A stretch of DNA of 64,000 bases from Sulfurimonas sp. (lineage in GTDB: Bacteria; Campylobacterota; Campylobacteria; Campylobacterales; Sulfurimonadaceae): NCBI RefSeq assembly GCF_028713515.1, contig NZ_JAQTOD010000002.1:178501-242500 (forward strand). Direction: 5' to 3'. Made by a program: the position numbers and the translations under genes. Below, piece after piece: positions 25,374 to 35,769 of this stretch. The notes under the pieces were generated by a model. That model was not told where the DNA came from, made no database searches, and saw only the letters and a list, made by a program, of their open reading frames with translations. Each line of letters begins with the position of its first letter. The stretch's first letter is position 1.

Positions 25374-26942
25374 TTATTTAGCAAACTCTATTGCTCTGCT
25401 TTCTCGTATAACACTAACCTTTATCTCGCCTGGATATTGGACTTTTGCTTCTATGTCTTTTGCTATCTCTTTTGCCACCAAAATAGCTTCATCGTCGTTA
25501 ATAAGCATAGCATTAACTAAAACTCTAACCTCTCGTCCAGCATTTATAGCATATGCCTGAACAACTCCCACTCTGCTTGTTGCTATCTCCTCTATCTCTG
25601 TTACTCTCTTTAAAAAACTCTCTAAAACTTCCCTTCTTGCCCCAGGTCTCGCTGCAGAGAGGGCATCGGCTGCACAAACAGCTCCACACTCAATTGATAG
25701 TATCTCTTCTTGACCATGATGTGCATAAATAGCGTTTATAACTACACTATGTTCATTATAACGATTACAAATAGCAGCACCTAAATCAACATGGCTTCCG
25801 GCATGATCATGCGTCAACGCTTTACCTATATCATGCAAAATTCCCGCTCTTCTAGCAAGTCTAGCATCGCCGCCCATCTCAGAGGCCATAATGCCCGCCA
25901 AATAAGCAACTTCTAGTGTATGAGAGAGTGCATTTTGTCCATAGCTAGCTCTATATCGAAGTTTCCCTATAAGTTTAACGAGCTCTGGATGCATAACTCC
26001 AATATCCAAATCAGCCACTACATCTTCACCTTCAGTAAGTATTGCTGTTTCAAATTCATCACAAACTTTTGTGTAAATTTCCTCTATTCTAGCTGGTTGA
26101 ATTCTTCCATCTTCTACAAGTAGCTCGATTGTTTTTGTTGCAATTGCTCTACGATAGAGGTTAAAACTACTTACAATAATTGCTTTTGGAGTGTCATCAA
26201 TGATAATATCAACACCAAGCGTTGACTCCAATGCTCTAATATTTCGACCCTCTTTGCCAATTATACGACCTTTTAGCTCGTCATCATTTAACTGAACAAT
26301 GCTTGTAAGTTTCTCTGCTGCAAACTCTCCTGCATATCTACTTGTGGCTTGAGCCAAAATATAGTTAGCTCTTTTTTTTGCCTCTTTTTTTGCCTCATTT
26401 TCATATCGTCTAACAATATGCGCTATCTCCGCACGAGACTTCTCTTCAACTTTTTCAAACAAAATAGCCTGCGCCTCATCTTTTGTCATTCCCGAATAGT
26501 ACTCAATCGTGTGAAAAACTTCATCAAGTTTCTCTTCATATCTCTTTTTTAGTAGCTCTAAAGATTTCTCATTTCTTTGCAAATCAACTTTTTTAGCTTT
26601 TAGTGCGCTCTCTTCATCATAAAGTTTCTTCTCTTCATTTTGCTTATTGCGCTTAAAACTCTGCTCTTTTCGTACAATATCATCTTCTCTTTGGCTTAAA
26701 TCTGCTCTTGCTCTGTCTCTTGCACTTTCATACTCTCTCATTGCCTCTAGCTCAATCTCTTGGGCTTTTATATTGGATTTTTGAAGCAGTATGTGCGCTT
26801 CGTTTTCTATTGCTCCAGCTTTTGCCTTAGCTTTTTCTATATATATATCAAAATTAGCATTAGTTATTTTTTTAGAGATAATAAATCCAACAAGTCCACT
26901 AACTGCGGTTGCAACACCACCTACTAGCATCTCATGTAACAT
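25374..26942 (-). CDS. rny: ribonuclease Y
   Basis: N-terminal TM, coiled coil, KH domain (IIGKEGRNIRALE), HD domain (LHDIGKA). 522 aa. Confidence 0.95.
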   Translation of the reverse strand: MLHEMLVGGVATAVSGLVGFIISKKITNANFDIYIEKAKAKAGAIENEAHILLQKSNIKAQEIELEAMREYESARDRARADLSQREDDIVRKEQSFKRNKQNEEKKLYDEESALKAKKVDLQRNEKSLELLKKRYEEKLDEVFHTIEYYSGMTKDEAQAILFEKVEEKSRAEIAHIVRRYENEAKKEAKKRANYILAQATSRYAGEFAAEKLTSIVQLNDDELKGRIIGKEGRNIRALESTLGVDIIIDDTPKAIIVSSFNLYRRAIATKTIELLVEDGRIQPARIEEIYTKVCDEFETAILTEGEDVVADLDIGVMHPELVKLIGKLRYRASYGQNALSHTLEVAYLAGIMASEMGGDARLARRAGILHDIGKALTHDHAGSHVDLGAAICNRYNEHSVVINAIYAHHGQEEILSIECGAVCAADALSAARPGARREVLESFLKRVTEIEEIATSRVGVVQAYAINAGREVRVLVNAMLINDDEAILVAKEIAKDIEAKVQYPGEIKVSVIRESRAIEFAK

Positions 26943-26943
26943 T

Positions 26944-27507
26944 TTATTTCCTATTTCTAGCCATATACATCATAACTTTTGGTGCGATTAGTAAATCACA
27001 ATCTATATCATAATCATCACAAATAAACTCTTTTGTGTAACAAAACTCCGATTGTACAAAAATTATATATGCTCTTTTTTTTAACTTCGCAAAGAAACGA
27101 TCATACATCCCTTTTCCAAAGCCTATTCGTTGTAATTTTCCATCAACACCAACAGCTGGCACTACGGCTATATCAATTTTTTTAATATTTCTTAGACTAT
27201 TTCCCGCCTCATAAATACCAAATTTACTTTTTTTGAGCGGTAATCTAAATGGTACCATCTTAAAACTTTCGCCTTGCATAAGCGGTATAAATAGATTATA
27301 TTTTTTACGAAAAAGATTGGTTGTTTTTCTTATATCAGCCTCAAAAAGAAGTGGATTAAAGAGAAGTATGTTTTTGGCTTTTAGCTTTTTAACCACTTTT
27401 TGTAAATTAGCGTTAATTTTTGATTTTTTAAATTGTAGATTTCTAGTTTGGTTTTTTTTTAATCTTTTAAGACAATCTTCTCTGAATGTTGTTTTTGTAA
27501 GAGGCAT
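26944..27507 (-). CDS. 5-formyltetrahydrofolate cyclo-ligase
   Basis: VPAVGVD...RIGFGKGMYDRF motif; 187 aa. Confidence 0.8.
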   Translation of the reverse strand: MPLTKTTFREDCLKRLKKNQTRNLQFKKSKINANLQKVVKKLKAKNILLFNPLLFEADIRKTTNLFRKKYNLFIPLMQGESFKMVPFRLPLKKSKFGIYEAGNSLRNIKKIDIAVVPAVGVDGKLQRIGFGKGMYDRFFAKLKKRAYIIFVQSEFCYTKEFICDDYDIDCDLLIAPKVMMYMARNRK

Positions 27508-27571
27508 ATAAATTCTTTATGGTTATAATTTCGCTTATTCTACTCTAAAAACAGAAAATAAGGTTGCACTA

Positions 27572-28120
27572 ATGTTCAAAAAAACTATTTTAATTATCTC
27601 AACTCTCTCCATATTCTTGCTTGGAGGTTGCTCTAAAAAAGATGACGCCAATGATATGGTTTCAAAAAACGAGTTCGTTTTAACTGGACTTGACAAAAAA
27701 GAGTATGTTGTAAAACAGCAGGGAAGTGGTTTTGTGCTTGATGGCGCAAAAGGGAAAATAGTAATTTTTGATATTTTTGCGACTTGGTGTCCACCTTGTC
27801 AGGATACAGCATCTCATCTTACCTCACTTCAGGAAAAATTTAAAAATGATGTTATTATTATTGGATTGACTATTGAGGATAAAGTTGCAAACTCAAAACT
27901 AACAGAATTTGCAACTAAAAATCATGCTAAATATATCTTAGTAAACTCTGACCAAAATCGCAGATTGAGTGACGCTATCGTCAACGAGCTAAAACTAGGA
28001 GAGAGATACCCTATCCCTTTGATGGTTTTATATAAGGATGGAAAACTGGTTAACCATTTCGTTGGTGTAACTGAAGAGGAATTTATAGAGAGTGAGATTA
28101 AAAACGCTCTAGGCAAATAG
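27572..28120 (+). CDS. TlpA/ResA-like thioredoxin-fold lipoprotein
   Basis: Lipobox LLGGC and WCPPC active site. TGGTTATAAT extended -10 upstream. Confidence 0.82.
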   Translation: MFKKTILIISTLSIFLLGGCSKKDDANDMVSKNEFVLTGLDKKEYVVKQQGSGFVLDGAKGKIVIFDIFATWCPPCQDTASHLTSLQEKFKNDVIIIGLTIEDKVANSKLTEFATKNHAKYILVNSDQNRRLSDAIVNELKLGERYPIPLMVLYKDGKLVNHFVGVTEEEFIESEIKNALGK

Positions 28121-28122
28121 AT

Positions 28123-28995
28123 ATGTTTAGTTTTATAAAAAACTCTCTATCAAAAACTGCGGAAGCCATAAAAGCTATCGTTCCAAAAAAACAGCTCTCT
28201 TTTTCAAAAGAGGAGCTTGAGGAGATTTTGCTTGAGGCGGATGTTGAGTACTCTTTGGTTGAAATAATCCTAAACGAAATCTACCAAAGCAAAATAACAA
28301 GAGATATTCTTCGCTCAAAACTTCTAGCAACTCTCGCCTATACATCTTATAAAGAACCAGAGTTTAAGGCGCCTTTCGTTGAGTTAATCATCGGAGTAAA
28401 TGGAGCTGGCAAAACTACAACTATCTCAAAACTAGCATCAAAATATAAAAATGAGGGCAAAAAAGTTTTGCTAGGTGCAGGAGATACTTTTCGTGCCGCT
28501 GCGATTGAGCAGTTAACACTCTGGGCAAAAAAACTTAATATTCCAATAGTTGCATCAAAACAAGGACATGACAGCTCTGCAGTTGCTTATGATGCAATTG
28601 ACTCAGCAAAGGCAAAAGGGTATGATCATGTAATCATTGACACGGCTGGAAGACTCCACACTCAAACAAATCTAGCAAATGAACTTAAAAAAATTCATCG
28701 TATTTGCGAAAAAGCCCATAGCGGTGCGCCTCACAGAACTATTTTGATTTTAGATGGAACCCAAGGCAACTCCGCCATAGCTCAAGCAAAAGCATTTCAT
28801 GAGATGGTTGGAATCGATGGTATCATCATCACAAAACTAGATGGAACCGCAAAAGGTGGAAGTGTATTTAGCATAGCTTATGCACTTGAACTACCAATTC
28901 TCTATGTTGGAACAGGAGAACAACCAGAAAACCTAGTGCCATTTGATAAATATGAGTTCGTTGATGGTTTGCTAGATGCTATTTATGAAGAGTAA
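28123..28995 (+). CDS. ftsY: signal recognition particle receptor FtsY
   Basis: [25 protein letters not shown]. Confidence 0.95.
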   Translation: MFSFIKNSLSKTAEAIKAIVPKKQLSFSKEELEEILLEADVEYSLVEIILNEIYQSKITRDILRSKLLATLAYTSYKEPEFKAPFVELIIGVNGAGKTTTISKLASKYKNEGKKVLLGAGDTFRAAAIEQLTLWAKKLNIPIVASKQGHDSSAVAYDAIDSAKAKGYDHVIIDTAGRLHTQTNLANELKKIHRICEKAHSGAPHRTILILDGTQGNSAIAQAKAFHEMVGIDGIIITKLDGTAKGGSVFSIAYALELPILYVGTGEQPENLVPFDKYEFVDGLLDAIYEE

Positions 28996-29006
28996 AATTA
29001 AGCGCA

Positions 29007-29336
29007 TTAAATAGTTATATTCTCCAAATGCCAAATTTTCATTGGTGTTACAATCAGTGCATCATACGCATAATCCATATTTAAACCATTTTTTTTAAGA
29101 TAAATATCTCCGGTTTTTATGAGTTTGGAGAGTTTTTTTGGGGTTATGTTTTGGATGGCCAGTTCGTAATCAAGAGCACTTTTTACCTCTACAAAGTGAA
29201 GTACTTTATCTTTTATGGCTATGATGTCTATCTCCCCAAAGCGGGAGTAAAAGTTTCTCTCTATGATACTAAAGCCGCTCTCTTGTAGGAAGCTATATGC
29301 TCTATCCTCGGCGAGATTTCCTTTTTCTCTGCTCAT
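29007..29336 (-). CDS. yraN: YraN-family endonuclease-like protein (UPF0102)
   Basis: GNLAEDRAYSFL...GEIDIIA...FVEVK is a PD-(D/E)xK-like pattern. Confidence 0.85.
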   Translation of the reverse strand: MSREKGNLAEDRAYSFLQESGFSIIERNFYSRFGEIDIIAIKDKVLHFVEVKSALDYELAIQNITPKKLSKLIKTGDIYLKKNGLNMDYAYDALIVTPMKIWHLENITI

Positions 29337-29342
29337 CCAACT

Positions 29343-31412
29343 TTAGCACTCAACTATTTCTACTTTTATGGATTTGAACGCGGCAGTCAATATCAGCTCA
29401 TCGCACTTGTCACCAAATAGGGCATTTACTTTTGATTTAGCATGATGAAATGTTACAAAAAGTGTTTTAGGCTGGACTTTATCTGTTAGTTTTATCCTAA
29501 GTGGAGTTGTTTCGCCAAATTCAGTTTTTAAGATAATGTGAGTACCTCTAAAATCATCAGAATCTCCCTCATAAACCAAGAGAATATCCTCATCATAACG
29601 ACTATTTAGGCTCTCGCTCTGCAAAGTTTGTGCCGCATTGTTATAGTGAGCTATGACTCTTCCCGTCGTTAGATGGTAGCCTGATAACTTTTTATCTACA
29701 ATCTCTTTAACCATACCACGGAGTTTGTATTGATGATAATGAAATTCGCCCAAACCATCATCAGTTCTAAAATCTAGTTGATGTAAAATCGGCGTATCTT
29801 CTGTATGAACTGGCCATTGGAGGCCTCTTTTTCTATGTCTCTCAAGGCGAGAGTATGAAGCACCGCTAAAACGGCGATATGCTACCTCTCTTACTTCATC
29901 CCAGATATCATTTGAGTTTTTGTAAGAAGCAGTTCCGCCCATTTTGTTATCTAACATCTGCAACACTTCCCAATCATCTGGCAAATCTGACTTTACAAGT
30001 GGCTGAGATAGATGCAATCTTCTCATAGCATTTATATAAACACCCGTCTTTTCATAAGCGGATTTCACGCCTATGACAATGTCTGCTTTTTTAGCAATAT
30101 CAGTCATAAATAGTTCTTGAACCATAATAAGCTCTAAATTTTCCAAAGCTCTATCTATTTTGTTTAAGTTTGGGTGGATGTGAGCTAGATCTTCACCTAT
30201 GTTTAAGACTGCTTTTACACGATTTTCAAGCATCTCGTCCACAAGCTGAGGAGTCATTAGCCCTATCTCTTTTGGCACCTGATAATCTGGGTCAAAGTAT
30301 GGAAGCATTCCCATATCACAAGCTCCTTGAACATTGTTTTGTCCACGAAGAGGCATAAGTCCGGCACCAACTCTACCTATATTTCCAGTCATTAGAGCTA
30401 GATGCGTTATCGCCATAACCGCGTAAGAGCCATCTAGATGCTCGGTGATTCCAAGCCCCCAAAATATCATTGACTTTTTAAGTGCATATTCACGGGCAAC
30501 TTTTGGAATTATCTTGCTTAGTTGCTCATACCCTTTAATATTTTCAAAATATTTTGGATTTGCGTATGGGTCGTTTATAATTTTTTCTTTAAACTCAGCG
30601 AAGCCTTTTGTTCTCTGGGCAACAAAATCAGTGCTATAAAGCTCTTCATCTATAATCACAAACGCCAACATATTTAAAACTAGCAGATTTGCTTCATGTG
30701 GCATTATTGCCTTATATTTCGCAAAACGGTGAAGCTTAATCTCTCTTACATCAAATACAGCCAGATTGTCATGCGCCCTTGCTACATCCAAAATGCGATT
30801 TGCAATTATGGGGTGAGCTTCGGTTGTATTTGAGCCAATAACTATCATAAATTCAGTGTTGTATATATCGTTGTATGGATTTGTGGCAGCACCTTCGCCG
30901 ATGGTAGTTTTCATACCTTTTAGTGATGGCGAGTGGCAAACTCTGGCACAATTATCGACATGCGGTGAGTTTAGAGTGTGACGAGTGAATTTTTGAAAGA
31001 GATAGACACTCTCGCATGAAGTTCTTGCTCCGCCGATTGAGCAGATACTTTTTTCTCCGTAGCTAGCTTGTATCTCTTTTAGTTTCATAGCAGTAGCTGT
31101 TGTAGCGCTATCTAAAGTGGTTTCATACCAAGTTTCATCTAGTTCTACAAGAGTTGAAAAGATTTTATTTTTAATAGAAGGATTTTTATCTAAGAAGCTT
31201 TTTTTTATTCTAGGGGTTTTTAATCTCAGAGGAGAATCAACAAAGTCAAAACCATATTTGCCTTTTATGCAGAGTTTTCCTTGTGAGACAACCCCATCTG
31301 GACGAGCAAAAATATTCTTGATTTTATTTTCTGCTACATCTACACTTGCTGCAATATCACAACCAACGCCACAATAAGTACACACGCTATCTATTGTTTT
31401 AATATTTTCCAT
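29343..31412 (-). CDS. cytoplasmic molybdopterin oxidoreductase, formate dehydrogenase H-like, Cys variant
   Basis: N-terminal CTYCGVGC...C 4Fe-4S motif and no Tat signal. VDNCARVCHSPS aligns with FdhF CARV-U-HGPS, with Cys replacing Sec and the adjacent His retained. Confidence 0.8.
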   Translation of the reverse strand: MENIKTIDSVCTYCGVGCDIAASVDVAENKIKNIFARPDGVVSQGKLCIKGKYGFDFVDSPLRLKTPRIKKSFLDKNPSIKNKIFSTLVELDETWYETTLDSATTATAMKLKEIQASYGEKSICSIGGARTSCESVYLFQKFTRHTLNSPHVDNCARVCHSPSLKGMKTTIGEGAATNPYNDIYNTEFMIVIGSNTTEAHPIIANRILDVARAHDNLAVFDVREIKLHRFAKYKAIMPHEANLLVLNMLAFVIIDEELYSTDFVAQRTKGFAEFKEKIINDPYANPKYFENIKGYEQLSKIIPKVAREYALKKSMIFWGLGITEHLDGSYAVMAITHLALMTGNIGRVGAGLMPLRGQNNVQGACDMGMLPYFDPDYQVPKEIGLMTPQLVDEMLENRVKAVLNIGEDLAHIHPNLNKIDRALENLELIMVQELFMTDIAKKADIVIGVKSAYEKTGVYINAMRRLHLSQPLVKSDLPDDWEVLQMLDNKMGGTASYKNSNDIWDEVREVAYRRFSGASYSRLERHRKRGLQWPVHTEDTPILHQLDFRTDDGLGEFHYHQYKLRGMVKEIVDKKLSGYHLTTGRVIAHYNNAAQTLQSESLNSRYDEDILLVYEGDSDDFRGTHIILKTEFGETTPLRIKLTDKVQPKTLFVTFHHAKSKVNALFGDKCDELILTAAFKSIKVEIVEC

Positions 31413-31500
31413 TTATGAAACTTCCGGATTTTTTCGAAGATTTTATCATTTTTCTCTTAAAGTGATTGATGAAAAAAACTAAAGAGAAAATGACTTAGAT

Positions 31501-32760
31501 TTATATAACTCTAATCATTACAGGTTTAAAGTTCACAAACTCTAACTCTGCAATACGCTCTATCATATTTTGTATATCTTTTTCTACTGCAATATGCGTG
31601 GAGATTAGCAGATTCGCGCTATCTTTAGATGCCGGTCGTTGCAACATGGTCTCAATCGAGATGTTGTTCTCTTCAAAAATTTTACTGATTTTTGCCAATA
31701 CGCCTGTTTTATCAGAGACATTTATACGAAGATAGTATTTTGATGTTATTGTATCTATGGATTTTAGCTTTAACTCACCCTCAAGCGGTTTATCAAAGCC
31801 AAGCATGGGCTTGCTTTTTCCACTTCTTGCGATATCTATGATATTTGCCACAACAGCAGATGCAGTCGCATCGCCACCAGCACCAGCACCATAGTAAAGA
31901 GTCTCTCCAACCTTATCTCCAACAACGCTGATGCCGTTCATAACGCCATCAATCTTTGCTATCATCTCATCTTTGCTAATCAAACAAGCATGAACTCTAA
32001 GCTCAACTTCGTTGTTAGTTTTTCTAGCAATTCCCAAAAGTTTTATCGCATAACCAAACTCTTTTGCGAATGCTATATCATCGGCGCTAATATTTTGGAT
32101 ACCCTCAATCAAAATATCTTCTGGCTTAGCATCAATCCCATAAGCGATACTAGCAAGGATTAGGAGTTTATGAGCCGTATCAAACCCGCCAACATCAAAA
32201 GTTGGATCAGCCTCTGCGTAGCCTAACTCTTGCGCTTCTTTTAGTATAGCATCGTACTCAACATCCTCATTCATCATCTTTGTAAGCATGTAGTTACAAG
32301 TGCCATTCATAATGCCCATAATTGACTTTATATGGTTAGCAGAGAGACCATCACGAAGCGCGTTAATAATAGGAATACCGCCGGCAACACTAGCCTCATA
32401 CTCAAACGCCATATCTTGCGCTATATCTTGAAGTTCGTATCTGTGGTATGCCAAAAGAGCTTTATTCGCTGTTACGACTGCTTTACCGCTTCTGAGTGCT
32501 TTTTTTACAACCAAAAATGCCTCATCAACGCCACCCATAAGCTCAACAACAATATCAATCTCGCTATCATCTAAAATATCATCAACATTGTCGCTTAAAA
32601 TTATTTCTAAACCTCTATCTTTAGAGAGATTTTTAACAACTCCGCTCTTTACAACTATGTCAACTCCAGCTCTTGCAGATATAATGTCGGCATTATCTTT
32701 TAGTATATTTATAACACTTTTTCCAACTGTTCCAACACCGATTATACCTACTTTTATCAT
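31501..32760 (-). CDS. hom: homoserine dehydrogenase
   Basis: GIIGVGTVG NAD site, ANK, C-terminal ACT domain; 419 aa. Confidence 0.93.
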   Translation of the reverse strand: MIKVGIIGVGTVGKSVINILKDNADIISARAGVDIVVKSGVVKNLSKDRGLEIILSDNVDDILDDSEIDIVVELMGGVDEAFLVVKKALRSGKAVVTANKALLAYHRYELQDIAQDMAFEYEASVAGGIPIINALRDGLSANHIKSIMGIMNGTCNYMLTKMMNEDVEYDAILKEAQELGYAEADPTFDVGGFDTAHKLLILASIAYGIDAKPEDILIEGIQNISADDIAFAKEFGYAIKLLGIARKTNNEVELRVHACLISKDEMIAKIDGVMNGISVVGDKVGETLYYGAGAGGDATASAVVANIIDIARSGKSKPMLGFDKPLEGELKLKSIDTITSKYYLRINVSDKTGVLAKISKIFEENNISIETMLQRPASKDSANLLISTHIAVEKDIQNMIERIAELEFVNFKPVMIRVI

Positions 32761-32769
32761 CTTAACTTC

Positions 32770-33990
32770 CTACTTATTCTCTGTCTCAAACTGTTTTAAA
32801 AAATCTTTTACATTTCTTGCTGCTTGACGAATTCTATTATCATTTTCTATAAGCGCAATACGAACATACTCATCACCATACTCTCCAAAACCAATCCCTG
32901 GAGCCACTGCAACATGAGCCTCTTTTAGTAATCTTTTTGAGAACTCAAATGAGCCAAGGTGCATAGCACACGCAGGAATCTTTGCCCAGATAAACATACT
33001 TGCTTGATTTTTTCTCATAGGCCAACCAATTTTGTTAAACGCTTCTAAAAATACATCTTGACGATGCTCATATTTGTCTGTAATATCTTGTACGCACTGC
33101 TGATCACCGTTGAGTGCGACCGTTGCCGCAACTTGAATCGGAGTAAACATACCGTAATCAAGCCATGATTTTATCTTCTGAAGAGCGCCTATAAGTTTTT
33201 TATTTCCAACAAAAAAGCCAACTCTCCATCCAGCCATATTGTAACTTTTTGAGAGAGTAAAGCTCTCAACTGCAACATCTTTTGCACCAGGAACACTCAT
33301 AATAGAAGGCGTTTTATAACCTCCAAAAGAGATGTCTCCATAAGCGATATCGCTTATAACATAAAATCTTTTCTCTTTTGCCATAGCGACAAGACGGACA
33401 TAAAACTCTGGCGTAACGGTTGCTGTTGTTGGATTATGCGGAAAATTTACCAAAACATATTTTGGTTTTGGTGTACTCTCTTTAAAAACTTTCTCTAAAT
33501 CTATAAAAAATTGGTCTTCGTCAACTTTATAATCTTCATCGAACTTCAGAGCAAATTTAACAACATTTCCACCTGCAAGAATAAAAGAGTATGAGTGAAT
33601 TGGGTAGGTTGGGTCTGGAACAACTATAACATCTCCAGCGTTAGTAATGGCGTAAGCAAGGCTAGTGTATCCCTCTTTTGAGCCAATAGTAGCAACACAT
33701 TCTGTGCTTGGATCAAGATCACAATCATAACGACGCTTGTACCAATCAGAAATAGCACTTAAGAGCTTCGGAATACCCTTTGATGCAGCGTAGCCATGGG
33801 TCTTAGTTTTTTGAGCAGACTCTATAAGTTTTTCACGGATATGCTCTGGTGTATCGCCATCTGGATTGCCCATAGAGAAATCTATAACATCAGCACCATT
33901 GCGCCTCTCAGCCATTTTAAGCTCATTTACTTCTGCAAATACATATTTTGGGAGTTTTTTTATTCTATCAAACTGAATTTCATCAAACAT
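32770..33990 (-). CDS. class I/II PLP-dependent aminotransferase
   Basis: NFPHNPT and SKSYNMAGWRVG PLP-lysine motif; 406 aa. Confidence 0.88.
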   Translation of the reverse strand: MFDEIQFDRIKKLPKYVFAEVNELKMAERRNGADVIDFSMGNPDGDTPEHIREKLIESAQKTKTHGYAASKGIPKLLSAISDWYKRRYDCDLDPSTECVATIGSKEGYTSLAYAITNAGDVIVVPDPTYPIHSYSFILAGGNVVKFALKFDEDYKVDEDQFFIDLEKVFKESTPKPKYVLVNFPHNPTTATVTPEFYVRLVAMAKEKRFYVISDIAYGDISFGGYKTPSIMSVPGAKDVAVESFTLSKSYNMAGWRVGFFVGNKKLIGALQKIKSWLDYGMFTPIQVAATVALNGDQQCVQDITDKYEHRQDVFLEAFNKIGWPMRKNQASMFIWAKIPACAMHLGSFEFSKRLLKEAHVAVAPGIGFGEYGDEYVRIALIENDNRIRQAARNVKDFLKQFETENK

Positions 33991-34081
33991 TAAAGTTTTC
34001 CTATTTAAAAATTGGGCAATTTTAGCGTAAAATAGCTATGTTTACTACTATAATCATCTTATAAAAGCTGGTAAAAAATTA

Positions 34082-34927
34082 CTATTTTTCACCTCTTGAA
34101 GTTAAGACCAGAGAATCCTTAATATTTTTTAGCGTGTAAATATCCGAAATTTTAATGTAATAAACATCTTTTTCTATATTAAAGCTAACTTTTCTCTTTT
34201 TCTCATCTTCTCTTACAACTCTCAAAAGTTGTAAATTTTTATCATAATAAGATATATATGGGAACCAACTATTTCTATCAGAACTCTCTATCTCAAGCTC
34301 TTTTATCCCTGAAACATCAAGCCAATAGGCATATAGGGACCTCTTTAGGGCAACGCCTTCTCCATCTATAAGTTTTTTTGTGTCAATTTTTGCATCTCTC
34401 ATATCAACAACATAAGTCCAATCGGTTGCGGATTCTCTTATAATATCTGTGATAAAACAGTTGTTTTTTTCCAGCTCACTACTCAACAAAACAGGATCTG
34501 TGGCGTATTCGGAAGTTAGACTAATCTTCCATAAGAAATCTTTATCTTTTAAACTAGACTCTTTTGTTATATATTTGTAGTAGCCAATATTTCTAAGTGA
34601 ATCACTCATAATCTTCATAAAAAGTATAGTTGTTCCATCTGTCTTAAATGAGAGATTTATCTCTGATGGTTGCTTGAAAAACAGATTTATTAACCCTCTG
34701 TTTTTTAGAGTTTTTATAATTTTTACTGAATCCACACTATCATTTTCCATATAAAAATCTTTTTTAGGAGAAAGGATGGTCTCTAAAAAAACTCTATCTT
34801 TTGTAAATAGTTTTGGGTCTATAAAGCTAACTGCTTTCCTCATTAAAATGTCATCACTCCCTACCGCTAAGTTTTCAGCAATAGCAAGTGAAGAGAAGAG
34901 AAAAAAAGTTAAAAGAAGTTTTATCAC
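34082..34927 (-). CDS. secreted/periplasmic protein of unknown function
   Basis: Signal peptide MIKLLLTFFLFSSLAIA. I recognise no motifs. 4-nt overlap with the upstream gene. Confidence 0.6.
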   Translation of the reverse strand: MIKLLLTFFLFSSLAIAENLAVGSDDILMRKAVSFIDPKLFTKDRVFLETILSPKKDFYMENDSVDSVKIIKTLKNRGLINLFFKQPSEINLSFKTDGTTILFMKIMSDSLRNIGYYKYITKESSLKDKDFLWKISLTSEYATDPVLLSSELEKNNCFITDIIRESATDWTYVVDMRDAKIDTKKLIDGEGVALKRSLYAYWLDVSGIKELEIESSDRNSWFPYISYYDKNLQLLRVVREDEKKRKVSFNIEKDVYYIKISDIYTLKNIKDSLVLTSRGEK

Positions 34928-35769
34928 AAAGCACCTTTACCTAATGCTTTGTACTCATCAAAAGAGATCTCTTTTAGCTCTTTGTTTTTATATAGAAGAT
35001 GAAGTCTCTCTTTTTTTGAAAAATCTTTAATAACTCCGTTAATCTCTATACCAACAAACCCATGTCCAAAGGATAGTGCCCAATCTTTGTTTGGATCTAG
35101 AACTAACTCATCAGAAAAAGTTTTACTACTCTTTTGTGATGTGTTTAAGTCCACAAAACCAACCCACACTTTGTATCTTGGGACTATTTTAAAGGATTGC
35201 GCTGCATCTGGTTTTTGATCTTTTGCTGCTATGGTTTTGTTTTGATCTTTTACTAGTTGCGCATGATCTATAATTATGGCTGTTTGATTCTGCTCGTTTG
35301 TTACTACTGTTTTATTTTGCTCATTAGAGATATTAGCTTCATTAGAAACCGCATAAATATTGTTTTTTGCACTCTCTATAACTCTGTTATCAACCACCTG
35401 TGTCTCACTGTATGAACTACTCAGTGATCTTATACTTACGAATGAGAAGAGAATAAACAACACTAAAACCACAGATATATATATAGGCTTAAAGTTTCTT
35501 TTCTTCTTTTGTGTAAATGTCTTATAATTTTCAGCTTCTCTATTATATTTTACTTTTGTACCAAAATACTCAAGCCCTCTATTTCTAAGTCCTTCAAGCT
35601 CTACGCCATACTCTCTCTCAAGTATCGATAAAAACCCAAGAAATTGAACTTGATGCATATCTTCAAAATTCTCATGGAAAATAGCTTGAATATATTTGGT
35701 TGATATATGAGTTGTTTCATGAATCTTCTGAACGCCGATACTTTTTAGCTTATCCAAACCAATACTCAT
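34924..35769 (-). CDS. RodZ-like bitopic membrane protein (HTH - TM - C-terminal beta domain), tentative
   Basis: N-terminal HTH-like segment, one TM (IYISVVLVLFILFSFV), low-complexity linker, and a C-terminal VWVGFVD...IEINGV pattern like the RodZ C-domain. Confidence 0.45.
   Translation of the reverse strand: MSIGLDKLKSIGVQKIHETTHISTKYIQAIFHENFEDMHQVQFLGFLSILEREYGVELEGLRNRGLEYFGTKVKYNREAENYKTFTQKKKRNFKPIYISVVLVLFILFSFVSIRSLSSSYSETQVVDNRVIESAKNNIYAVSNEANISNEQNKTVVTNEQNQTAIIIDHAQLVKDQNKTIAAKDQKPDAAQSFKIVPRYKVWVGFVDLNTSQKSSKTFSDELVLDPNKDWALSFGHGFVGIEINGVIKDFSKKERLHLLYKNKELKEISFDEYKALGKGAL

Noticed and set aside
34082-35769. Two adjacent genes of identical length (281 aa), suggesting tandem paralogues.
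   Set aside because: Their sequences share no visible similarity. One is HTH-TM-beta and the other is a signal-peptide protein. The equal length is coincidental.
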